In this document: piece by piece, positions 41,184-54,310 of the stretch
Numbering within the stretch: the first letter of the stretch is position 1
Layout: every line of letters begins with the position of its first letter
Origin: Paraspadella gotoi
Taxonomy: Eukaryota; Animalia; Chaetognatha
DNA length: 64,000 nt
Direction: 5' to 3'
NCBI GenBank assembly: GCA_051294375.1
Contig: CM119270.1
Coordinates: 18,077,710 to 18,141,709, forward strand
Made by a program: the position numbers and the translations under genes
Notes under the pieces: model-generated
The model's database searches: none
What the model saw: the letters and a program-made list of their open reading frames with translations, nothing else
What the model was told of the DNA's origin: nothing

Positions 41184-44100
41184 GAGGTGAGGGAGGAGAA
41201 TACTTTTCATTGAACGTCTTGTGAAGTTTCTTTGTGTTTCTGATTTCGTAGAACGAAAGTGACGCCAACTTTTTGTCCGTGTCGTCTCCGTTGTCCTCCA
41301 AATATTGCACCTATATGAAAGTATCATTCAAATATTGGCTCTCTTATCCCAAAGCGTCTCATTTCCGTTCCTTCGTCCCTAAATTTAATTTTATATAATA
41401 TTAATATAATATTAATATAATCTATAACCTAACCTTATTCTCTAACCCAAATCCTTAAAATTAATATTTAAGCCTAACTTTATCTTTAAGTTTAATGCTT
41501 ATTCTATACCTAATTTTTATTCAATTATAAATCTTAAACTTTAATTTTTACTTATAATCCCTTACCCTAATCACAAAGCTAATCCCTAATCTTTATCCAT
41601 AAACTAATATATATCCTCATCCCTAATAATAATCACTAACCTAATCTTAAAACCTAACAATCATTTTAATTTTGAATTTAAGATGAAAAGGAGCGCTTTG
41701 GGAAAATAAGGCACAAATATTTTCAAAAGCCACACAACTCTTCAGAATCTGAGAAACTGATACAATTGTTAAGTTAACGATTAATGTTTATTAATGTTTA
41801 TACATCAGTTGACCTGATCATCCGCTTGGTCGTAAATGTCTTCAATGTCGCCGTTAATTTTTCCGTCCGTAGAACTGAAATAAATATATTTAGTACAATG
41901 TACAATTAATATGTAACTTATGTAATTTAATTATTTTACCTATACGTAATGTAATGTATTTTTAATCGAATTTATTGGTGTGTTTTTTTGCGAGTGTGTT
42001 CGGGCTTGCTTATGTACACTCCGTAGACTTTTTCGGTAACAATAATCTCATTAACATATTGTAGAGAGCTATTTTTGGTTTTATTTCCCAATAACGCTTT
42101 CTTCTAAAATTCTCTTTTTCATTTTGCGTCAACTTCATTGAGGGGACATACGAAATGTACTTACTCAAGGCTTGTTCGGCCTCCCGGCTGTCCGTTTTTC
42201 AACTGCGCTTCTGGAATTAGAAAAATATATATATATACTAAGCAAACGAGATTTTTTCTCGAAAATACATTCTCTGTTTCTGGTTTTTGCGTATTATTTT
42301 TGAACGTTCTGTTGACGTTGCTTCCTTTAAAACAAAAAAAAACATTCTCTGATTAAAACTGTGCCAAATCTGGCAGAATTTCAGACCTTTAGCCATTAAG
42401 AAAAGGATCCGGCATGTAGAATGCAATCTGGCATTTAACCAGAGAATAAATTAGAATACATTCGAGTAGCGTTATTAGTCCTCACTTTGACTCGTGCTTT
42501 TTTATACCTTTCCGAATAACCTTTAATGTCAGCAAACTCTAAGGTTTCGAATTTTAAACGATCACCCTGTACTCGCCTCTCTTCTTCTCTTCTTCCTTCG
42601 GTCGATAAACCGAAGCGTAGTCCGACTCTGTGATGAGGTACTTGCTCTTGGTCCCGTTGTTGTTGTTGTTATTGTTGTTGTTGTCGTCCCTGCTGTTGAC
42701 GCTGCCGATGGAGAGGCGTTGCTCTTCCTTAACGCCGACTTCTTGCTCGCTCAAGTTCCACGCTTCGCCGAGGGAATTCCAGAACTGAGGAAGGACGAAT
42801 CGTTTGATGTCGTTGACCGTTTAATTAATTATATTACATTTTAACTTTACCAATTTATGGTAATATCATTTAAAGCTTTTAAATGGTTGATATTTTGTAA
42901 AGCGATTGAGAAGAAAAACGAATATTGGCCAATCAACTAAAAAAATTTTTTTATAAGCCTTATTATTCTAATTCTCAATTGTCAAACTCCGGCTAGTACT
43001 GTTCTCAGTTTGTCTTCGTCATTGCACCAAGTTCACCACGTCTTCTCCTCGCAACTTTAAGACATTCGTCTTATAAGGGATTACCTCACTCTCAAAGCTG
43101 TCTGCTTGGACTCCTTCTTTCTCTCCATTTCTTTTTTCGTTATATCTACTTATCTTTATTTCTTTATCTTTCCGTATTGTCTCCATTTCCCCCTCCCCCT
43201 CAACCTTCTTGTCCTTCGCCTGCAGGCTATCGTTGAGGATCCTCTTGGCGTCGTCGGACAGTACAGGAAGGACGACGCTGGAGGCGACGGAGGCCGAATT
43301 GTTCTTGGGGCCTTTGGATGCGTCGACGGAATACTTGAGGGGAACGAAGAGTTGGCGAACCAATTCTGGGGCTGTCGGGTCTTGAAGGCGCCAGCTGGAT
43401 GGACAGGAGATGGAAAGGTCGGTCGGTGATGTTGTCTCCTTTTGTCTCTGTCTCTAACTCGTATCTTACGTAGTTCTCTCCTCTCTATGATCTTAAATCT
43501 TAAATCTTTGATCTTTAAATTATTCGTTAAGCCCTCTCGCCCCTCCCCTCCNNNNNNNNNNTTAAATTATTCGTTAAGCCCTCTCGCCCCTCCCCTCACT
43601 CGTATTTCCCGATCAAGTTGAAGGCCTTCTTGAAAGACTTGAAGTTCTCCACGAACTCATCCTCCGATGGCAGCGAGGATCGACCCTCCAACTCCCTCTC
43701 CTTCGCCCTCAGTTTCTTCTGTTGGTCGCTCGTCTTCGGCTTCGAAATCTTTTTCTCCGCCTCCAACTTTTGTCGCTCCTTTTGGGCGGCGGCGCAGCCT
43801 CGGAGACGGCCTGAAGGGGGCGGTGGGTGTGGAGGAAAAAAGGTAGGGGGGGTTGTGGAGAGGTGGGGTGTGGAGGGAGGGGAGGTCGTGTGGATAGATG
43901 AAGGTTAGTAAGTAGATTCGGACGGGATTGTAAAAAAGAATGGACTAAGAATATTATGAAGTGTTCGCGTTTTAATTATAAGTAAGTAAAAATGGAACAT
44001 TTTTTTCAAAAATACTGTACCCTATAAAAAGCAATGTATAAAGCGAACTAAACGGCACAATCACAAAACAAAATAACTAATATTGACTACAAATGGTCAC

Positions 44101-47100
44101 CGTGAAACGATTCGATGTGCGCAAACGCCGCGTCCATCTGCTTCATGTCGGCGATCGTTTGCTCGTTGTTGACGCCGTCCTCTGATGGCAGAAATTAAAA
44201 AATGAAATCAATTCGTATTATATGAAATTGGTACAACCAATATAAAAATTATCCATTCATTTAATAAATAAGCTATCTTGCCCCTGACTTTTATATTTTA
44301 TTTAAATAATAACCATTTTTTTCGAACGATTCTAACCTTTATCATCGTCCCTTTCAGGATCATCGTAGATGTCACTGTAAAATAAAACAAAACAAAAATT
44401 GAAATATGTATAAAGTATATAAATAAATAGTTTAGTGATGTACAAAGTGCAAAGTATAACACATTTTATGCAATAAAGGACAGCCGGTGACGGCTGATTT
44501 ATATAGAAATAATTGTTCTTAGTTAAGGTGCAATCTCTTTTTAACAGGTTAGTTCCTTGGTATGCAGCCAACTGTTAACCTGTTCGGTAGTAAAGGAGTT
44601 CTCGGAAAGATAGAATTTTGACAAATTACTTGTATAAAGTTTTTTAAAACTATTTTTTAAAGTTTTTTAAAACTATTTTTTAAAGTTTTTTAAAACTATT
44701 TTTTAAAGTTTTTAAAACTATTTTAAGATGCTTTGTTCTCGTGGAGCAGCTCTATAAATCACTTTTTGGTCGGCTGCTGATCAGTCAGTCTGTCTGTATA
44801 TTTAAATATAAATATATAAATATATATTTGTGAAATACTAAAGCAATATATAATTTTTATAATATTTATGATTATTTGAAAACTCAATTTTGTAAACTTA
44901 AATCAATCCGTCGCAACACTTTTTTTAGATTGTCGTTTCTTTCCTTTTTTTTTTTTTTTTTTTATATTTTAAGCGGGAAACGAGTTATCGTCTTTAGATT
45001 CCGGATTTTATCTTGATCTTTTGTTACCGGATCCCGGAAACAAAGACGCCGAGAGAGAAACGAGTCGAGCGAAGACAAAAAGTTAAAAACTTGAATTTCC
45101 GGAAAAAAGCAACGATTTGAGTCAAAATCTTTTGTTTGTTTTTGAAGATTGGGGTGGGAGGTTAATCTCGGAGCCCGCCAGGGGCGCTGAAGGGATGGAA
45201 AGAGGTCATTGATCTCGAGGGTTGAGACAGCGGGCATTCGAGCATTCGACTGGAACTTGTAGTTGGAGGTAAATGGAAAAAGTGGGTCACCCTCGCGTCT
45301 TACGTCAAAGTGACTTAGTTTAGAAAACGACGGGGACATGACTCGTTTCCCAGTTGGATCTTGGAACAGACAGTTGAAACAAAACATGAGGACAGGAAAA
45401 AACTCATTGTGGTGAGGAGGTACATATCTCTATCTACCTTCAGCCAATCTCAGAGGCTCGCGGGAGGAGTGTCGCCACTGAGGGTCAGAAGCCCCCGACG
45501 CTAAAAGGATAGATGCTCAGTTGGGCAGCACAGTTAACCCTGGAGTACTACGTGAGTTATCTACTTTCTGGTCATTGGATCAGGGGATCATGCTCCAAGA
45601 CAAGTATTAAACATATGGACATTGTACAATGTACATTGGACAAAAAAAAACAAAAATTATTAACTATTTTTAAGCAAGTGAACGGAGTACATGTATAACT
45701 TGTACATTGCAGATATGGCAAATCGATACCAAATATTAACATGAAAATATTCGACAACAAAAATCATTTTTTAATGTTACAATATTCAGTTACTTACTTT
45801 TAAAAAAAAAGTACGAAGTGTATGCGGAAGATAATTAAGTTATATAGAATTATATTATATTATATAAACTTATTCTTGAAATTCAAAAGCCAAACATAAA
45901 GTCTAACGTTCGTCTGCTTTTAACGCTTTCAACTTTAACTACAAACAACAACAATAGTAACTGCAGCAGCAACAACATCAACTACCACAAACAACAACAT
46001 GAACAACATCACCAACCGCTAACAACATCAACTCACTCGTCGGGATAGCTCGGAGCCTTAGAAGCGACTGGGGCGGCGACGACCGGCTTCACGACGTTGA
46101 AGGTCTCCTTCTTCTTCAGCGGCCGCGCCGCCGCAGCCGCTTCCGTCGCCGCCGCAGCCGCAGCCGACGCCGCGGGGTCTCCCATGTGCGCGTAGGCTGT
46201 GGCGTAGGTAGGATCGTCCATGGGATCCATCCGGGGCGGCGGGGCGTTCGATTCGCGCAGCTTCAAGGACAACTTGGTGTGGAAAGTTAGAAGGGTAAGT
46301 GAAGAAACGTGTGAACAACATACGATGAGCTTACCTTTCGCCGCGTCTCGCCCGCTTCCTTCTTGCGTCGGTTGTACTGATCCAAAATGTCGGAACTCAA
46401 GCAGTCGATTCCCTGAAAACGGTGAGGAAAGTAAAAATTACAAAGAACAAGTTAAGGTATTTTTGAAGGAACTGATTAAGTCATTGGAAACGTCATGAGT
46501 AAGACGTTAAAAGTCAGGTCATTTAGCAAATGAAATGGTAAGGTCCTCCGATAACAACTAAACTACCGCGGGTAAGTTCCGTGAGATTTCCTCACCTGAA
46601 AGATGTGAATTTCGTCCTCGACCGAATTGAGGCTCGGCGTCGTCAAGAAGAAGATGAGGTTCGGGTATTTGAAGCTGCCAGAGTGAGAGAAGCTGCGCTG
46701 CACCTCTGCTGTCACGATGCTGTCGAGAGGGATGCGGAGATCGCTGCTGGGAAGAGAAGAGGAGGAAGGAGAACGGGAGGGAGGAAGAGAGGGGAGAAGA
46801 GGAGGAGGGAGAACGGGGAGGGGGAAGAGAGGGAGGAATGGAGAGGTAGAAGAGGAAGGGAGAGAGAAAAGAGAAAGAGAAAGCAAGGAGGGGAGGAGAG
46901 ATGGGAGGACGGGAAAGGGGAAAGAGGAAGGGAGAGAAGAGGGAAATGGAGAACGGGGACTGCGGAAGGGAAGAGAGGGGAGGATAGAGGGGATAAAAAG
47001 GAGGAGGGCGAACGGGGAGGGGGAAGAGAATGGAGAAAGGGAGAGGGAGAAGAGCGAAGGGCGAGAAGAGGAGAAAGGAGAACGGGGAGGGGGAAGGCAG

Positions 47101-47617
47101 GGGGGGAGGAAAGGAGAATGAGAAAAGGAAAGGAAGAACGGGGAAGGGGGAAGAGATGGAAGGAAAGGAAGGGGAGAAGAGAACGGAGAGAGGAGGGGAA
47201 AGAGAACGGGGAGGGGGATAGAGAGAGAAAGAAAAAGGAAAGGGAGGAGGAGAAGAAAGAGTGGTTGGAGGGGAAGGAAGAGCAGGGAGGAGGAGGAGTA
47301 GGAGGAGGAGGGGGATCGAGTGAAAGCGAAGTTGGAGGAACAATGAAGATTGGAGATGGTTTTAAGAGTTTTTCATGTTTTTTTTATTTTTTGAAAAAAG
47401 TTGAGTTCCAAATTTTTAAAATAAAGCATTTTAACGCGTTTTTATCGGAAAAAAAAGTATAAATATTTTTGTTTACAATGGTACAAATTACACTGAAAAG
47501 AGTCAATAAACTTCCAAATTTCTTTACAACCGCTGTGACGTCTTCAAATAAAAAATAAACGTTTTTAAACAACAAAAAGCAAAAAAAGGGCTTGTGGTTA
47601 TTTCAATTCTCGAGCGT

Positions 47618-47653
<36 letters not shown>

Positions 47654-47795
47654 NNNNNNNNNNNNNNNNNNNNNNNNNNNNNNNNNNNNNNNNNNNNNNN
47701 NNNNNNNNNNNNNNNNNNNNNNNNNNNNNNNNNNNNNNNNNNNNNNNNNNNNNNNNNNNNNNNNNNNNNNNNNNNNNNNNNNNNNNNNNNNNNNN

Positions 47796-47855
<60 letters not shown>

Positions 47856-48532
47856 GGTTAATTTTATTGCTGTGTTATAGGCGACTCGATCGAGAAGACG
47901 ACAATTTTGCAGAATAAGAACTTAAGTTAAAACACTGATTGCTCGAATGACTGATTGACTGACTGAGAGACGGATTCTTGAATTCCATTTTGACTGATGG
48001 CTGATTGATGACTGATTGATGACTGATTTTTTCAATCAAGGTAGACTAACAGGCAGACTGAATTCCAGACATACATAGAATTTATTGATTTTACTCGGTT
48101 TTGACGTTTATTAAAGGCTCAAACGTAAAACCTTAACAATTTTTTGTTTATTATGTATGAACTTTATAAATATTTCGACGTGTATTATTATGTCTTTATC
48201 GGTGACAGTAAAGAGTCAGAGTCAGAGACATAAATTCGAAATATTTGGAAAATAAATGTTCATAATATCTACTTAACTGCCCTTGTGACGACTGATGACA
48301 TTTAAACAAAAACTTCAATTTAATTGAGAAAGAATTCCTCTCTCACTGTAGTACAATTTGTTCTCGAGTCCGCTCCAGGTAACAATTCGCGTAAATCAAA
48401 TGGTCCGTCTCTTTGGGACGTGGCCCATATTGGCCCACGTGTTTACTTTTGTACCAAGACGTCCCCATTTCCCAAGTCTCCCCTATTTTCGTCAAAACGA
48501 TAAAAAANNNNNNNNNNNNNNNNNNNNNNNNN

Positions 48533-48594
<62 letters not shown>

Positions 48595-49444
48595 AGAGAG
48601 AGAGACGGTTAATTTTATTGCTGTGTTATAGGCGACTCGATCGAGAAGACGACAATTTTGCAGAATAAGAACTTAAGTTAAAACACTGATTGCTCGAATG
48701 ACTGATTGACTGACTGAGAGACGGGATTCTTGAATTCCAATTTTGAACTGATGGCTGATTGATGACTGATTGATGACTGATTTTTTCAATCAAGGTAGAC
48801 TAACAGGCAGACTGAATTCCAGACATACATAGAATTTATTGATTTTACTCGGTTTTGACGTTTATTAAGGCTCAACGTAAAACCTTAACAATTTTTTGTT
48901 TATTATGTATGAACTTTATAAATATTTCGACGTGTATTATTATGTCTTTATCGGTGACAGTAAAGAGTCAGAGTCAGAGACATAAATTCCGAAATATTTG
49001 GAAAATAAATGTTCATAATATCGTACTTAACTGCCCTTGTGACGACTGATGACATTTAAACACAAAAACTTCAATTTAATTGAGAAAGAATTCCTCCTCT
49101 CTCACTGTAGTACAATTTGTTCTCGAGTCCACTCCCAGGTACAAATTCGCGTAAATCAAATGGTCGCGTCTCTTTGGGACGTGGCCCATATTGGCCGCAC
49201 GTGTTTACTTTTGTACAAGACGTCCCCATTTCCCAAGTCTCCCCTATTTTCGTCAAAACGATAAAAAAAAAATAAATAGAAACTGGTTTAAGCAGATTTG
49301 TTGTCGTCGTCGCCACCCGACGTAAGAAGTCACTTCGAGGCGGGAGACGACTCGTTGGCAAAAGGGGTCATTAATTGTTAAATGGTGTAATATAGAGAGA
49401 GAAGAGAGAGAGAGAGAGTAGAGAGAGAGAGAGAGAGAGAGAGA

Positions 49445-49487
<43 letters not shown>

Positions 49488-52400
49488 TAAAGAATGGAAG
49501 GGTGCGTTGAAAAAAAAAAGAAAATTAAAAATCCTTTAGTATGAATTTTTGAAATAGGACAGAGTAACGGTTTAGTACTGGCTTGGTGGGCTTAAAGAAA
49601 AAGGGGCATTTTAAACAGTTTCCCCATTTGAGCAGTGAATGGTCGTAATTCTATCTGTTATTGTACATTGTATAAAAAGTACTGAAGTTTACTGAATCTT
49701 TTCTTTCCGGAAAGGTCATATTGAAATGATAAGTTATAACTCAAAACTACTTTTCGAACGTCATTGTAAATTTAATTTTATCCGAATTCATAATCCGCAA
49801 AACTCGATGAAATAATCTTTTTGTAATACACGAAAACGGTGACAAATAGCATGAGTTCATTGAAAGCCGAAAAGTAAGTTCATACCCCAACATTTTTCCT
49901 GCCCAAGCCCAACCCAAGCCCAACCCAAGCCCAACTCCCCATCCTTACCTATTTCCTTCTTTGTCGAGAGAAAGACTTTCATTTCGACTTTTGATTCTCA
50001 GTTCAGTTTTGTCGACGAAGAGAGAACAAGAAAGAGGGAGAACGTTTTTCTTCCTGGGAAATTACAAAAAAAAAATAAACAATTCTGCACTTACATAAAG
50101 TTTAAATATATTTCTTTGTATATCATGAGTAAATTATATTTGTCATCTTTCTGAATCACAGGCTGTGTCGGGATTTTAATTTTTTTTTTTGAATTAGAAG
50201 AAACGAAATTTTCGTGGAACAACAAAATAATTTTATTAGCATCAAATTTTATGCTAATAAAATTATTTTGTTGTTCCACGAAAATTTCGTTTCTTCTAAT
50301 TCAACAAAACAACAAAAAAGAAAGGATTAACACAATTTTTTTTAAATAAAACAATGCATGTATGATGATGAATACTAATATAAGAATACTGATATGATTA
50401 CTGATAAATGCTAAGAACCGAGTAGGCGAGTTTTACCAATAAAACAAGATTGTCAATTAGTCGTAATTTAAAAGGACTATGACTCTTCGTTTAAAAATGT
50501 AGCACAGTTGGTGTCATTGATCCCGCGATTTCAGAAAATGTTGATTGGGAATAGACCTGAAGTCAACAACCTTTGCGCACGATCGAAAATGGATTTGGAA
50601 TAAATATACTACAATAAATATGAGTAATAAAAAAAACATTTAAAACCAAATCAATCGCTCTTACTAAAGTTGTTATTGTCACGTTCACTTTGTATTTTGC
50701 TGGTTGTCCTCTTCGTGATAAATGTTAATTAATTTAAATATTCTAAGCTTAAAACATATAAAACTTACATTAGTCATAACTCTCCCTCCTAGTAGGGCGC
50801 TGAAAAATAACGAAATATAACAAATCAAGTGAGGTACATAGCTATAAAGTAATAAAGTCTGTAAAATTCGATGATGATAACCATTTTTTTGTATAGTCTC
50901 ATCTTTTTTGTCGGAAATGGCGATTTTTGCAGCATATAAGGTGCTATTAAAATGGAGCAAACATTGTAGAGTATAAAAAACTCAAATTATTAAGATTTTA
51001 TAAAAGTCATATTTAACTTACATAATATGAAAATGAAGACCCATATAAATATTTTGGAATGTTTATTTACAAATTTTATATTTTATTAATAGTTTGTTAG
51101 CTATATTTATATAAAAAATAATAAAAAATAAGCTAAAGTGAAAAAAATAAAAATTTTAAAACCAGATTTGAATTCCTTACAAAAAGTTGATATAAGAAAG
51201 TATAATCCATTTTTAAAAATTCTTTCATTAAGTAGGTTAAAAATATTAAAAACGATTATTTTTGTTTAATTTTTTAATTTTTGGCTTAAAATTATAGTTT
51301 TTCTGAATTTTGACCAACTTAATGACATAATTTTGATATAAAAATAATATTTTTCTTTATATCAACTTTTTGCAAAGAAAGCAAATCCATATAAAAAAAT
51401 TTTGAAATTATTATTTTTAACTTTAGCCCAATTTTTACTCATAATTATTAATAAATATAGTTAATGAAGAGGCTGGTTTTACAGGGCGCACACACCGCAG
51501 CGGTGTCACCTCGTGGCGACAGCGAGAACAGCATGTTCATGTAGTCCAGAGCTTTGGATCTGGCAGTAGGCCATGCCTACAGGCGGGTTTACCCGGTCCA
51601 TCCCACTTTCTACATGACAACTCAGGGCTCGAACCAGGGACGCACATTGGATGGTCATTAGTCCACTGAGCCACTGAGGCGCTGTGAAAGTAACAGCTTT
51701 AATCCATCTGTGGTGATAGGACCACCGACAGCCGCCCCCAGGACTCTCGCATATGAGAGTACGAAGCAGGGGGATGAAGCGCATGTCTCTCCGCTGAACC
51801 TCTCTTCATTCTGGTGGCCTTGCTTTGAGTGGCAGCTGTGTAGCTCAAACCACATCAAGGGCAGAGGAGTATTATCATGCCCGGGTTGCGTGTTCGGGAT
51901 CACGTCGGGCTCACCATTGAAGAGGCTGGTTTTACAGGCGCCACACCCGCAGCGGTGTCACCTCGTGGCGACAGCGAGACAGCATGTTCATGTAGTCCAG
52001 AGCTTTGGATCTGGCAGTAGGCCCATGCCTACAGGCGGGTTACCCGGTCCATCCCACTTTCTACATGACAACCTCAGGGCTCGAACCAGGGACGCACATT
52101 GGGATGGTGCATTAGTCCACTGAGCCACTGAGGCGCTGTGAAAGTAACAGCTTTAATCCATCTGTGTGATAGGACCACCAGAAACTAACTTTTTATAAAA
52201 CATAAAATTTAGAAATAAATTTACCAAAATATTTTTATAAGTCTTTATTTTATATTTCAAAAGCTTATATAAATTTTATAAAATTTTAATAATTTGATTT
52301 ATCATAACTTATAATGGTTTTGCTATTCTATAACAATTTTATATACATTAAAAACCCTCATTTCCGACAAGAAAGATAAAATTATACAAAAAAATGGTCA

Positions 52401-53458
52401 TCACCATCAAATTCTACAGACTACATTATACAAAAATAGCTATGTACCTCACTGATTTTATATTTTGTTATTTTTCAACGCTCTACTCCTAGGTATGTAG
52501 CGCTGAGAAAAACATGACCTGTTGAAACACCCACTCATGTTGATAATATCTAATTAAAAAATTCGGGCAGAAAGTAACTTTGAACTTTGTGTTGTAAAGA
52601 TGGCTCGCTCTGTTTATTAAAAATAATTATAAAGAATATAATTGAATATAATATATAGTGAAATATATTAAAATTTTTACAATTATTTATAAATTTTAAT
52701 AAAAATTTTTAAAGTCTAATAGAGTAAAACAGGTAATCTTACAATTTTTAATAACAATGGCGCAGTAGCACCAGGAATTTATTTTGACATTCAGCGTCAG
52801 TTGGAAATCGTTCGTCGAGTAACCTCCAGCATTTCTGACTAACGCATCCATTGGTTAAAACTACATCATTTACTTTATAAAAAATCATTAATTAATATCT
52901 TAATCACAATCGACAGCGACAAATCCAATCAGTCACCTCCTCTTCACCCTCCCTCCAGCATTAAATCCAGATCACCCGCTCCATCACCTATCTCCAGCAA
53001 TATATCAAAAATCCTCGCTCCATCACCTGTCCAAAACATTTCCCCTATCACTTGTCTATCTCCAGCATTAAATCCAAACTCTCGCTCCATCACTAGTCTA
53101 TCTGCAGCATTAAACCAAAATCTCTCGATCCATCACTAGTCTATCTCCAGCATTAAATCCAAAACACTTGCCCCATGACCTGTCCATCTCCAGCATTAAA
53201 TCCAAATCACTCACTCCATCACCTGTCTATCTCCAGCAGCCTGTCCATCCCGTAATTGATGTATTCGTTCTCGTCCTCGTTCTCCGGCGAGGGAACGTAT
53301 TTGAAGGAGGCCAAGTGGTTGACGTTGAAGGCGGCCGAGTCGGCGCCCGGCGAATCCGGCGGCGTCGTCTGCGGCGGCGTCGGCGGCGTCGGCGGCGGCG
53401 ACGGCGTCTCGTCCTCCGCCCTGTCGTAGATGTCGTCCTCGTCGTAGGGAGACGCCAT
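40645..53458 (-). CDS. EPS8: EPS8-like adaptor (PTB, central EPS8 helical region, SH3); exons 53223-53458, 49949-50053, 46596-46743, 46335-46412, 46037-46272, 44337-44374, 44101-44181, 43600-43810, 43205-43394, 42577-42784, 42165-42210, 41814-41874, 41204-41310, 40961-41045, 40645-40773
   Basis: PTB-like FNVNHLASF and YPNLIFF..EIHIFQ. Central region DAAFAHIESF, EFVENFKSFKKAFNLI, LQDPTAPELVRQLFVPL, FWNSLGEAW. SH3 ELTVRKTEVVEIVNDSKNWWFVRNWRGEDGYIPSTIV. Phases are consistent given one GC donor at 42576. The symbol denotes the family, not proven orthology. Confidence 0.82.
41331..41721. mobile_element. MITE-like element with imperfect terminal inverted repeats and internal degenerate CCCTAA/CCTAA-like repeats
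   Basis: 'aatattggctctcttatcccaaagcgtctc' at the left end is roughly the reverse complement of 'gagcgctttgggaaaataaggcacaaatatt' at the right end. Confidence 0.5.
47796..49270. repeat. Gap-flanking tandem duplication of ~710 bp (47796-48507 vs 48533-49270), likely assembly redundancy
   Basis: Near-identical copies, each starting with (GA)n after an N run and differing mainly by single-base indels. Confidence 0.8.
50189..50304. repeat. Perfect inverted repeat, 54-bp arms, 8-nt loop
   Basis: 50189-50242 is the exact reverse complement of 50251-50304. Confidence 0.9.
50787..52493. mobile_element. AT-rich foldback/MITE-like element with long diverged inverted arms, interrupted by the LTR element
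   Basis: 'gcgctgaaaaataac..gtgaggtacatagcta..ttttttgtata..tgtcggaaatg' (50796-50919) mirrors 52340-52481. Symmetry continues to a centre near 51270. Confidence 0.7.
51465..52184 (-). mobile_element. Miniature non-autonomous LTR retrotransposon (TRIM) with tRNA-Trp PBS and tRNA-type Pol III boxes in both LTRs
   Basis: Near-identical ~266-bp direct repeats at 51465-51730 and 51918-52184 (TG...CA on the 51465-51730 copy). PBS TGGTGAGCCCGACGTGAT lies 1 nt after the 5' LTR, a G-rich tract precedes the 3' LTR, and the ~190-bp interior is non-coding. Confidence 0.85.
52953..53240 (-). repeat. ~43-bp degenerate tandem array duplicating the EPS8-like exon-1 end and donor site
   Basis: Minus-strand unit tgctggagatagacag|GTgatggagtgagtgatttggatttaa is repeated ~6 times with increasing divergence into the intron. 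Confidence 0.8.
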
Positions 53459-54210
53459 GTCAAGGGAGTTTGAAAGATATAAGCGATGGCAGTCGCTGCG
53501 TTGTCGGGTCAAGGATGGCGATTAGGGGGTAAGTTCCGGGGGAGAAGCGCCGCGGTATTGAAGAGCGCCAAAACGGTTGGCTAAGGCGGTCGGTGGGGGG
53601 AAAGGTCCTTTTTTCGGTGATTGAACGAAAATTCTGGATTTGGCCTTTTCGAGATTTTGTATTTGTCGTTTTCCGATTTAAGATTTGCTTTTTTTTTTCG
53701 ATTTGGGATTTCGACCTTTTAAGATTCCTGGATTCGAGTTTGAGAGTTTTTTCGATTTGGGATTAGTTTTCGTCGCTACTTTTTTTAAATTATATTATAT
53801 TATTTTAGATAGACCGGTAACATTAAATTTTTTTTCTGGAATAGAAGAACAAACAATAACGCTTAAAACGATAAAAAAGCAATTAGGAAGGCAAATAGCA
53901 CTAAAAATAAAACGATAAATTAATAAAATTTAACAATTAGGAATAAATCTCGGACACTGAAAAAATGTAAAAGTATTAAGTATGCCAATGAAAATCAGGA
54001 GTAAATATTATCATTAACATTTTCACTAGGCCATTGGCAAAGTTTTAAACAAACCTCATTTTTAAAAACTCATCAGCAAACAAAATCATCAGTACCGGAT
54101 TAAAATTAATGGTATCTTAAAATTATTATTAAAACTCAAAGACAAAAACAGTAAAGCAATATTAAAATATAATAATAAATATAATATTAAAATTATAAAG
54201 ATTATTAAAA

Positions 54211-54310
54211 TTCATCGAGTTCATTCATTCATCGAGTTCATTCATTCATCGAGTTCATTCATTCATCGAGTTCATTCATTCATCGAATTCATTCATTCAT
54301 TGAGTTCATT
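54211..54310. repeat. 17-bp minisatellite (ttcatcgagttcattca)n
   Basis: About 5-6 tandem copies read directly. Confidence 0.85.

Noticed and set aside
47796-49270. Biological tandem duplication
   Set aside because: Copies abut N gaps and differ mainly by single-base indels; probable scaffolding redundancy. The same applies to 43501-43597.
51884-51916. tRNA-Trp gene
   Set aside because: Only the 3' part with encoded CCA is present, adjacent to an LTR; it is a primer-binding site.
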